Shown here piece by piece: positions 56,351 through 64,000 of a stretch of 64,000 bases of DNA. Numbering within the stretch: position 1 is the first letter of the stretch; each line of letters starts with the position of its first letter. Under the pieces are notes generated by a model. That model did no database searches. It was not told the origin of the DNA and saw only the letters and a program-made list of their open reading frames with translations. The stretch comes from Dehalococcoidia bacterium (GTDB taxonomy: Bacteria; Chloroflexota; Dehalococcoidia; Plut-88900). The stretch is taken from the NCBI GenBank assembly GCA_965249275.1, contig CBDFLQ010000007.1, positions 352,001 to 416,000 on the forward strand, given 5' to 3'. A program made the translations under genes and the position numbers.

Positions 56351-58945
56351 CTACTCCGCGCCCCGGCCTTTCTTGGCCTCTTCCTGCAGTTCGTAAAGCT
56401 TGAGTATGGCGTCCCGCGGGGTCATGGATGCGATGTCGATTTCGGCGAGCTCCTTTACCACAGGAGAGGAGTCGGCGGGAAGCGTGAAGAAGGACATTTG
56501 CCACGGCCCCGAGTCCTCGCTCTGCGGGGCAACACCCGGCGAGGGCTTCGCGCCGTTTTCCAAATGTTCCAGCACTCGGGATGCCCGGTCTATCACGGTT
56601 CTCGGGATCCCGGCCAGCTGTGCCACGTGAATCCCGTAGCTCTTGTCAGCGCCGCCCGGGACCACCTTGTGCAGGAAGACGGCCTTCCCATCTTCCTCAG
56701 CCACCGACACGTTGAAGTTCACTATCCGTGGAAAGGTGTCGGCGAGTTTGACCAACTCGTGGTAATGGGTGGCAAAGATGGTCTTGGCTGAGGCCCGGGG
56801 GTCAGTGTGGATGTGCTCGATTACCGCCTGGGCGATGGATAGGCCGTCATAGGTGCTCGTGCCCCTGCCGATCTCGTCCAGGATGATCAGGGACTTGGGT
56901 GTCGCCAAATGGAGGATCCTGGCCGTTTCCAGCATCTCGATCATAAAGGTCGAGCGGCCCGTCGAGAGGTCATCCTGCAAGCCGACCCTCGTGAATATAC
57001 GGTCCACCAATCCGATGTGAGCGTTCTCCGCAGGGACAAAGCTCCCGATCTGTGACATCAGGGTTATCAGGGCTGCCTGCCTCATGTACGTGGATTTCCC
57101 CGACATGTTGGGCCCCGTAAGCACGATGATCTGCTGCTCCTCGCCCGTCAGGTGCAAGTCGTTGGGGACGAACACGCCCTCTCCGACCACCCTTTCCACC
57201 ACCGGGTGCCTACCCCCGACTATGCTGATGACCCCGTCATCCGATAGCTCTGGGCGCACGTAGCCGTACAGGGAAGCCACCTCGGCGAGGCTGCTGAACA
57301 GGTCGACCAGGGCAAGGGTCCCGGCCAGATCGTGGATCTTGACAACCGAACTCGCCACCTGGGCGCACAGATGCCGGTATATGGCCTGCTCCAGCTCCTC
57401 CACCTTCTCCTGCGCCCCGAGAATCAAGGCCTCGAACTCTTTGAGCTCCGGTGTGACATAGCGCTCGCCGTTCACCAGGGTCTGCTTGCGGATGTACCCC
57501 GCCGGGACCTGGGGCAGGTGGGATCTGCTGACCTCCACGTAGTAGCCGAAAACCCTGTTATAGCCCACCCGCAGCGACTTGATCCCCGTCTTCCGGCGCT
57601 CGTCTCGCTCCAGCGCCGCGATAAAGCCCCTCGCCTCCGACGAGGCGTTCCTCATCTTGTCCAGCTCCGCGTCAAAGCCCACGCGGACCACCCCGCCTCC
57701 CCCCACCGTCGTCGACGGTTCGTCCATCAACGTCCGCGAAATGAGATCTACTACGTCCGTGCAATCGGGCATTGAGTCCAGGACCCAGGACACCCCGTTC
57801 AGCCCTGCATCCTGGATGGTCTGTTTGATCTCGGGGCCCAGTTCCAGGCCTCTCTTCAGAGCCATCAATTCCTTGGGGTTGGCGATTCCACGTTGCACGC
57901 GCACCGCCGTGCGCTCCACGTCTCCCACCTTGGACAGCAACTTCGTTACTCGTGTCCGGCAAACCCCGTCGGCGTAGAAGGCATGCACCGAGTCCAGTCT
58001 CCGGTCCAGGGCCTCCAGGTCGAACAAGGGCTGCCCGATCCACTCTTTCAGGAGTCGGGCGCCCATCGGCGTGCTGGTGCGGTCCAGCACCCACAACAGA
58101 GAGCCCTCCACCTCATCCCGCCAGGCGCTGCGGAAGAGTTCCAGGTTTCGCCGCGTCTGCGGGTCCAGGACCACCGTCTTGTCCAGAGAATAGGTTGAAG
58201 GGCCGGCCAAGGCCCCCGCCGCCGCCTTCTGAGTCGCCCTCAAGTAATCGACCAGCCCTCCCGCAGCCCGGATGGCCAGCGGCAGGCCCTCGCAGCCAAA
58301 GGACTCCAGGCTGGTCACGCTGAAATGCTCCAGCAATATCCGCTCCGCTTCATCGCTGTCGGATGTTACCGGCCCGGCGCATGTCACGGGGGCCGAGGGC
58401 CAAGCAGGCTCGGGACTAACGCTCTCCGGTAGGAGCAGCTCGGATGGCGCGAGGCGATCAAGCTCGGGGGCGAGAGCGGCTTCGGGGAGCTGGGCTACCC
58501 GGAACTCGCCGGTGCTTATGTCGGTGTAGGCAATCCCGGCCTCGGGCCCTTCCGGCACCACCGACACCAGGTAGTTGTTCCTCTTGTGGTCCAGGATTTC
58601 CGGCTCGACTACCGTACCGGGTGTGACCACCCTGACCACTTCCCGGTCCACAAGGCCGCGGGCGAGGTTGGCGTCACCCACCTGCTCGCAGATGGCTACC
58701 TTAAAGCCTCGGTTAACAAGCTTTGCAAGGTAGCCGTCCAGCGCATGGTGGGGCAGTCCTGCCATCGGGAAGCGCTTGCCGCGGCCCATCTCCCTCGACG
58801 TCAGGGTGATGGCCAACTCCTTAGAAACTATGCGGGCGTCCTCGTCGAAGGTCTCGTAAAAGTCGCCCAAGCGGAAGAAGACCAGTACGTCGGGGTACTG
58901 TTTCTTGATGCTCAGGTATTGTCGTCGGATGGGTGTGGAAGCCAA
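56351..58945 (-). CDS. mutS: DNA mismatch repair protein MutS
   Basis: GDFYE, TPGT, TGPNMSGKST, STFMIEM, DEIGRGT, THYHEL, SYGIHVA. Confidence 0.97.
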   Translation of the reverse strand: MASTPIRRQYLSIKKQYPDVLVFFRLGDFYETFDEDARIVSKELAITLTSREMGRGKRFPMAGLPHHALDGYLAKLVNRGFKVAICEQVGDANLARGLVDREVVRVVTPGTVVEPEILDHKRNNYLVSVVPEGPEAGIAYTDISTGEFRVAQLPEAALAPELDRLAPSELLLPESVSPEPAWPSAPVTCAGPVTSDSDEAERILLEHFSVTSLESFGCEGLPLAIRAAGGLVDYLRATQKAAAGALAGPSTYSLDKTVVLDPQTRRNLELFRSAWRDEVEGSLLWVLDRTSTPMGARLLKEWIGQPLFDLEALDRRLDSVHAFYADGVCRTRVTKLLSKVGDVERTAVRVQRGIANPKELMALKRGLELGPEIKQTIQDAGLNGVSWVLDSMPDCTDVVDLISRTLMDEPSTTVGGGGVVRVGFDAELDKMRNASSEARGFIAALERDERRKTGIKSLRVGYNRVFGYYVEVSRSHLPQVPAGYIRKQTLVNGERYVTPELKEFEALILGAQEKVEELEQAIYRHLCAQVASSVVKIHDLAGTLALVDLFSSLAEVASLYGYVRPELSDDGVISIVGGRHPVVERVVGEGVFVPNDLHLTGEEQQIIVLTGPNMSGKSTYMRQAALITLMSQIGSFVPAENAHIGLVDRIFTRVGLQDDLSTGRSTFMIEMLETARILHLATPKSLIILDEIGRGTSTYDGLSIAQAVIEHIHTDPRASAKTIFATHYHELVKLADTFPRIVNFNVSVAEEDGKAVFLHKVVPGGADKSYGIHVAQLAGIPRTVIDRASRVLEHLENGAKPSPGVAPQSEDSGPWQMSFFTLPADSSPVVKELAEIDIASMTPRDAILKLYELQEEAKKGRGAE

Positions 58946-59063
58946 GGGGACTCCTTTAGGCTATTGTACCCGGAACATTCCCTGTCACAAGGGACTTACC
59001 GGAGTGGCTTCCCATCCAGGAATAGGTTGTTTCGCAGCGCAGCGAGCGGGGAGATTCAGAGGC

Positions 59064-59234
59064 TCAACCCCTGCTCTTGCTGAAGAACGCCACAAGGAAG
59101 AAAGCGCATCCCAAAAAGAAAGTAACGCTCGCTGCGATACCTACAGGGTCTCGGGCCAGCAGGCTTTGAGTGATGAACAAAAAGCTGCAAACCAGAAAGA
59201 CGATCCAGCCCGCAAGCTGAAAGGACCTCTGCAA
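59064..59234 (-). CDS. Small 2-TM membrane protein (about 56 aa)
   Basis: TTG start 8 bp after the fdhA-like stop; GWIVFLVCSFLFI...DPVGIAASVTFFLGC. Confidence 0.55.
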   Translation of the reverse strand: MQRSFQLAGWIVFLVCSFLFITQSLLARDPVGIAASVTFFLGCAFFLVAFFSKSRG

Positions 59235-59242
59235 TGCGGGGC

Positions 59243-61915
59243 CTAACCGACGACAGCGGCCAGCTTGGCCACCCTGGCCCGAGCCCCGCTCCGGGGCACG
59301 ACCGCCGACGGGGCATGATTGAGGCTCTGCACTAGGGTGTCGGTGTGGGGAATAGAGAGCTGCATGAAGCCGGTGGGGACGTATTCGCACACCTGGGCCA
59401 CAGCCTCCGAGGCGCCGGTCTGAGTTATGACTTCAATCTCGTCCCCGCTATTTATGCCGTTTGACGCGGCATCCTCCGTGTTAATCATGGCCCTGGTTCG
59501 GCCATCAAGCTCCACCACTCCCTTGATTTCCCGCAGGGTGCCGCTCAACACGAAAATCGGGTAGTCGGGGTCAGCGTTTACTGTGTAGGGTCCAGTCTCG
59601 AAGGCCGACAGCAGGCCCTTGCCCCTTGTGATGCCGTCTGAGTGCAGTACCGGGGTGCCGGGGTGCGAGGCGTCGGGGCACGGCCATTGGAGGCCGACCA
59701 CGCCCAACCGGTCGTAGCTGATTCCGCCGTAGGCCGGGACCTGGGAGCTTATCTCTTCCATCACCTTCGCAGGGCTTTCGTGGTCGAACCCCGATGCGCC
59801 CATCCTCGCCGCCAGAGCGCCCACCACCTCCGACACTGTCATCGACTCCCCAATGCGCTCCACAACTCTGTTAAGTCTCTGCACCCGGCGTTCTGCGTTG
59901 GTAAATGTTCCGTCCTTCTCTGCGAAGCTTGCCGCAGGGAGCACCACATCCGCCGCCCTCGCTACGTCGGAGAAGAACAAATCGTGGACCACCAGGAAAT
60001 CGAGGGAAGACAGGGCCTCGGCGTCCAGGTCGGGCGCCTCTCTCTGGCTGTCAAGGGAAACGAACAGCGCCCGCAATCCGCTTTCGCCACCACTTTGCAC
60101 CATCTCCCCATAGCTGAGTCCCGCTCCCGAGGGAGCATCGGAGCCGCCCGCAAGGGACACATAGCCCGGAAGCATCAAGGGTACGCAACCCATGTCGGTG
60201 GTGCCTTGACTGTTCGCATCCGACCTCAACGGGTTCACCCCCGCCGACGCCTTGCCAACGTTGCCCGTGATCAAACCCAGGTTTGCCGCGGCCCGAGCAA
60301 TAGCAGCACCCGGCTCCACGGACCGCGATGTACTGAAGAACAACGCCGCAGGCTTCTGACCAGCGTAAGCCCGAGCAGCTTCAACCAGTAGACCCTGCTC
60401 GACTCCAGTTAACTCGGCTAGGCCCTCTAATGTCGGGCCTGCCAGCGAGCCAGTCAGCGCGTCCATACCTTCACATTGACCATCGATGAATTCCTGATCC
60501 TGAAGGCCCTCATCCAACATAACCTTGGCCAGTGCGGCCAGTGCGGCTGCGCCGGTCCCGGGCAAGTGACGCAGCCAGATCGTGGCCTCAAGGGCCAGCT
60601 CAGTCTCTACCGGATCGATGACTATAAGAGTCGCTCCCCGGTTGACGGCCTCCTTGACCTGAATGGCGGCCACGGGGTGGTCCCAGGTCAGGTCGCTGCC
60701 GTAGACCAGGATGCAGCGGGCATCCCTCATCTCGCGGAAGCCGTTGGTCATTGCGCCCACGCCAAGGGTCTCTCCCAGGGCCGAGACACTCTCCGCATCA
60801 CACGTGGTATCCGTGTGGTCGATATTGTTCGAACCCATCACCGACCGCGTGAACTTCTGGAGCAGGTAGTTCTCTTCGTTGGTGGCGCGTGGCGAAGCCA
60901 GAGCGCCGAAGGCCGACCCCTTGTGCTCGGCGAGTTTGCCGGCGATCAGGTCCAGGGCCTCGTCCCACGTGGCCTCGACAAGCTCTCCGTCTTTCTTGAT
61001 ATAGGGCGTCGAGATCCGGTCCTTGTTGTGGACGAACTTGTAGCCGAACTTGCCTTTACCGCAGGCGTTGCCCTGGTTCGCGGGGCCGCTCAGGTCAGGT
61101 ATGGCGCGTATAACCCGGCCCTTCTTGACCAGCAGTTCAAGTTGGCATCCCACGCTGCAGTTGGAGCAGATTGTGGTAACCGATTTCTCCGGCGCGCCCG
61201 ACCATTTGTGGTCTTTCTCGGTGATTGCCCCGACCGGGCAGACGTCGACGCACGCCCCGCAGAAGGTACACCCGGAGTCCGACAGGGAACCACCAAGGGA
61301 CGTGCCTATGAGAGTCCGGTCGCCGCGTTCGATGAAAGTGATGGCATTGACGCCCTCTATCTCGTTGCAGGCCCTCACGCAGCGCCCACAGACGATGCAC
61401 AGGTTCATGTCGTGGTCTATGAAGGGGTTGGACGTGTTCAGGGGCTCGTGCCGGTACTCGTAGGGCAGGTCCGAGTCCTTCATCTGCAGGTGGTAGACCA
61501 CGTCCTGCAGCTCGCACCGCTCGTTCTGCGGGCAGAGCACGCACCGGTCAACGACGTTGGCATGGCGCAGGCAGATGTCCTGCGGGCCGCAGTGGTCTAT
61601 CCGCGGGCAGGTCAGGCAGCCGTGGGGATGCTCCGACAGAATCAGGTCCATGATATTGTGCCTGATCCCGTCTATCGCCTTCCCCTTCGTTGTCACAACC
61701 ATCCCGTCCATTGCGCCCGTGGTACACGACGCCGGCGTCCCGCGCATCCTCTCGACCTGCACCACGCACATCCGGCACGCTCCGAACGCCTTCAGGGTCG
61801 GGTGCCAGCAGAGGTACGGGATATAAATTCCCGCTTCCCGAGCGGCCTCGATGATCGTCTGGCCCTTCCTGGCCTTGATCTCCCGTCCGTCTACGGTAAG
61901 CGTTATTTCGTCCAC
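59243..61915 (-). CDS. FdhA/NuoG-like Fe-S and molybdopterin-fold protein
   Basis: [2Fe-2S] LC...GACRMC...C, HPHGCLTC, CIVCGRCVRAC, CTFCGACVDVCP, CSNCSVGC...C, EKDGTFTNAERRVQ; GTG start after GAGG. Confidence 0.85.
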   Translation of the reverse strand: MDEITLTVDGREIKARKGQTIIEAAREAGIYIPYLCWHPTLKAFGACRMCVVQVERMRGTPASCTTGAMDGMVVTTKGKAIDGIRHNIMDLILSEHPHGCLTCPRIDHCGPQDICLRHANVVDRCVLCPQNERCELQDVVYHLQMKDSDLPYEYRHEPLNTSNPFIDHDMNLCIVCGRCVRACNEIEGVNAITFIERGDRTLIGTSLGGSLSDSGCTFCGACVDVCPVGAITEKDHKWSGAPEKSVTTICSNCSVGCQLELLVKKGRVIRAIPDLSGPANQGNACGKGKFGYKFVHNKDRISTPYIKKDGELVEATWDEALDLIAGKLAEHKGSAFGALASPRATNEENYLLQKFTRSVMGSNNIDHTDTTCDAESVSALGETLGVGAMTNGFREMRDARCILVYGSDLTWDHPVAAIQVKEAVNRGATLIVIDPVETELALEATIWLRHLPGTGAAALAALAKVMLDEGLQDQEFIDGQCEGMDALTGSLAGPTLEGLAELTGVEQGLLVEAARAYAGQKPAALFFSTSRSVEPGAAIARAAANLGLITGNVGKASAGVNPLRSDANSQGTTDMGCVPLMLPGYVSLAGGSDAPSGAGLSYGEMVQSGGESGLRALFVSLDSQREAPDLDAEALSSLDFLVVHDLFFSDVARAADVVLPAASFAEKDGTFTNAERRVQRLNRVVERIGESMTVSEVVGALAARMGASGFDHESPAKVMEEISSQVPAYGGISYDRLGVVGLQWPCPDASHPGTPVLHSDGITRGKGLLSAFETGPYTVNADPDYPIFVLSGTLREIKGVVELDGRTRAMINTEDAASNGINSGDEIEVITQTGASEAVAQVCEYVPTGFMQLSIPHTDTLVQSLNHAPSAVVPRSGARARVAKLAAVVG

Positions 61916-61926
61916 TACTGTTACCT

Positions 61927-63621
61927 CTAACCGGGTGTGCTCAGGGCCGAGCATCGGCCTGCGGGGCACACCTTATGGATAATATGAGCTTCCAGCTCGC
62001 TGGCGAAATACTTCACCGCCGACTTTATGGGGTTCACCGAAAGCTGACCGTGGCCGCAGAGGGAGGTTAGCAGGGTGTCGCCCATCGCGAGCATCTTATC
62101 TACATCGCCCTCCTTAGCCCTGCCCTCCGTCATGGTCTGAAACATATCGAGAATGTGCTTGGTACCGAGGCGGCACGGGAAACACTTGCCGCACGACTCC
62201 TCGTTGTTGAAGTCGGCCAGTATCGAGGCCATCTCCACGGGGCACGAGCTCTCGTCGCCGACAATTATCCCACCCGACCCCAGGATCGCCCCTCTTCCCG
62301 CCATCTCGTCAAAGTCCAGGGTCACGTCAATCTCCGATGGCCCGAGGAACCCGCCCAGCGGCCCGCCGGTCTGGAGGAGCTTGATCTCCTTGCCGGGGCT
62401 CACGCCCCCGGCCACGTCGTCGATGACCTGACGCAAGGTCAGGCCGAAAGGCACCTCGGCCATCTGGGGCCTGGCGACGTTGCCGGTGAGGCAAACTATG
62501 GCCGTACCCTTGCTTCTCTCCGTCCCGATTCCCGCGAACCACTCGCCGCCCCGCCTCAGTATCTCCGGCACGTAGGCGTATGTCTTCACGTTGTTTATGT
62601 TGCTCGGCTTGCCCCACAGCCCCACCTGCGCCGGGAAGGGAGGCCTGGACCGCGGCATCGCCCGCTTCCCTTCGATGGATTCCATCAGTGCGGTCTCTTC
62701 CCCCGCCACGTAGGACTCGCCGGTCAGGGAAACAGCTATGTCAAAGTCGAAGCCGCTGCCCAGGATGTTCTTTCCAAGCAGCCCGTCCCTGTAGGCCTGG
62801 TCAATCGCCGTCTGCGTGGTGCGGATAACGTCTCGGTGCACACACCGGATGAAGACGTATCCCTTGCTGGCGGCGGTCGCATAGCCTGCGATGGTCATCC
62901 CTTCCAGTACGGTGTGAGGATCGCTTTCAAGGAGGCCCTTGTCGTTGTAGGCGCCCGGGTCTCCTTCCTCGGCGTTGCAGAGGATGTACTTGGTCGGACC
63001 CGGGGCCCCGGCCAGGAACCTCCATTTCATTGCTGCCGGGAACGCCGCCCCACCCCTCCCCCTCAGTCCCGACTTCAACACATCTTCGATCACTTCAGGG
63101 GGAGCCATACCCGAGAGGCACCGGTCGAGTCCGGAGTAGCCACCGTTGGCTATGTACTGGTCGATTTCCGATGGATTGATGGTGCCGCAATTCCGCATGG
63201 CAACCCGGACCTGCGGCTTGAGGTCGGGGAGATCGAAGAGCATGGGGAGCCCGTCCACCGACTCATCGCCACGCACGGCAAGAGCTAGGTCGGGCCTGGG
63301 GTTTCCGCCGACCAGATAGTCTCTGACTAACGTTTCAGCAATCTCCGGGGTAACGTTTGCGTAGGTAATACGGGGTCTGCCAGGTGCGATTATGTCGACT
63401 AACACCTCTGCATAGCAGAGCCCGATGCAGCCGACCTGGTGCACCCGCGCCTCGACACCACTCTCGGCGATGGCCTTTTCGAAAGCCTCCACCACTTGCA
63501 GACCACCCGCCGCCCGTCCACAGGTCGCGGTCCCGACGAATATCCGTGCAGGGCTGCCCTTCATCAGGGCCTCCCAGCTGGAGTCGGCGCGTTGTTTGAG
63601 CTGTTTGTAGGCTTCCGTCAT
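61927..63621 (-). CDS. nuoF: NADH-binding flavoprotein NuoF/HydB-like
   Basis: N-terminal thioredoxin-like CG..GC.G.C, SGLRGRGG, NAEEGDPG, YVAGEETAL, ESCGKCFPCR, CPAGRC. Confidence 0.88.
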   Translation of the reverse strand: MTEAYKQLKQRADSSWEALMKGSPARIFVGTATCGRAAGGLQVVEAFEKAIAESGVEARVHQVGCIGLCYAEVLVDIIAPGRPRITYANVTPEIAETLVRDYLVGGNPRPDLALAVRGDESVDGLPMLFDLPDLKPQVRVAMRNCGTINPSEIDQYIANGGYSGLDRCLSGMAPPEVIEDVLKSGLRGRGGAAFPAAMKWRFLAGAPGPTKYILCNAEEGDPGAYNDKGLLESDPHTVLEGMTIAGYATAASKGYVFIRCVHRDVIRTTQTAIDQAYRDGLLGKNILGSGFDFDIAVSLTGESYVAGEETALMESIEGKRAMPRSRPPFPAQVGLWGKPSNINNVKTYAYVPEILRRGGEWFAGIGTERSKGTAIVCLTGNVARPQMAEVPFGLTLRQVIDDVAGGVSPGKEIKLLQTGGPLGGFLGPSEIDVTLDFDEMAGRGAILGSGGIIVGDESSCPVEMASILADFNNEESCGKCFPCRLGTKHILDMFQTMTEGRAKEGDVDKMLAMGDTLLTSLCGHGQLSVNPIKSAVKYFASELEAHIIHKVCPAGRCSALSTPG

Positions 63622-64000
63622 CGGGCCTTCTTTATGATCTCGACTGCGGCCTCGGGAGTGAGGTCACCGTATATCTTATCGTCGACGATGGCTACGGGTC
63701 CGTGGGCGCAGGCGGCGGCGCAGGACGTTCGCTTCCAGGTAAACTCTCCGTCGGTCGTCGTGCCCTCCTCTTCCATCCCCAGCTCCTTCTTTACTGCCGA
63801 CATGACTTCCAGCGAGCCCCGCACGTGGCAGGACGGGCCCCAGCACACCTCCACGGTATGGGTGCCGGGAGGCGTGAAGCGGAAGTGGGTGTAGAAGGTG
63901 GCTACGCCGAAAACGTCGTTGACCGAGGCATCTGTAAAGTCGGCGATGAGGGGAATAGACTCGGAAGGCAGGAAACCGAACTCTTCCTGGACGTGAATGA
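63618..64000 (-). CDS. nuoE: NuoE/HydC-like [2Fe-2S] subunit, 5'-truncated by window edge
   Basis: VQEEFGFLP...GVATFYTHF...VCWGPSCH...SCAAACAHGP. Confidence 0.9.
   Translation of the reverse strand, partial: IHVQEEFGFLPSESIPLIADFTDASVNDVFGVATFYTHFRFTPPGTHTVEVCWGPSCHVRGSLEVMSAVKKELGMEEEGTTTDGEFTWKRTSCAAACAHGPVAIVDDKIYGDLTPEAAVEIIKKAR

Noticed and set aside
1-64000. Prophage, IS, integron or anti-phage defence system
   Set aside because: No integrase, transposase, phage structural gene or recognisable defence domain was seen

Overview
A GC-rich bacterial chromosomal window, most consistent with Chloroflexota/Dehalococcoidia (SAR202-like). That placement is inferred from several luciferase-like monooxygenases, an amidohydrolase, a PPOX/F420 protein, an AGAAC-N4-GTTCT LexA box and REP-like intergenic palindromes. 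In order: 3' part of dnaK; a LexA-boxed radical SAM/HhH gene; small redox genes; four tandem PotD-like ABC solute-binding lipoproteins (one with a nonsense codon) with a visible 1.83-kb duplication junction; epoxide hydrolase; fused ABC permease; a five-gene lipid operon (FAR-acyltransferase fusion, HAD, Zn-ADH, LarA-like, DAG-kinase-like); a DUF5343-like gene divergent from an atypical stand-alone ftsZ, with an AGGCAA repeat array between them; an alternative complex III (ACIII) operon interrupted by an LLM gene and followed by ccm cytochrome c maturation genes whose CcmE lacks the haem-binding His/Cys; two DAO-like oxidases around a GNAT; an acyl-CoA synthetase alpha subunit; mutS-mutL; and a nuoE-nuoF-fdhA-like module. 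No rRNA, tRNA, CRISPR or transposase was seen. The best candidates for undescribed systems are the DUF5343/repeat/FtsZ locus, the ether-lipid-like operon, the SBP cassette array and the ACIII/CcmE variant. All family calls come from motif recognition by eye, not database searches.
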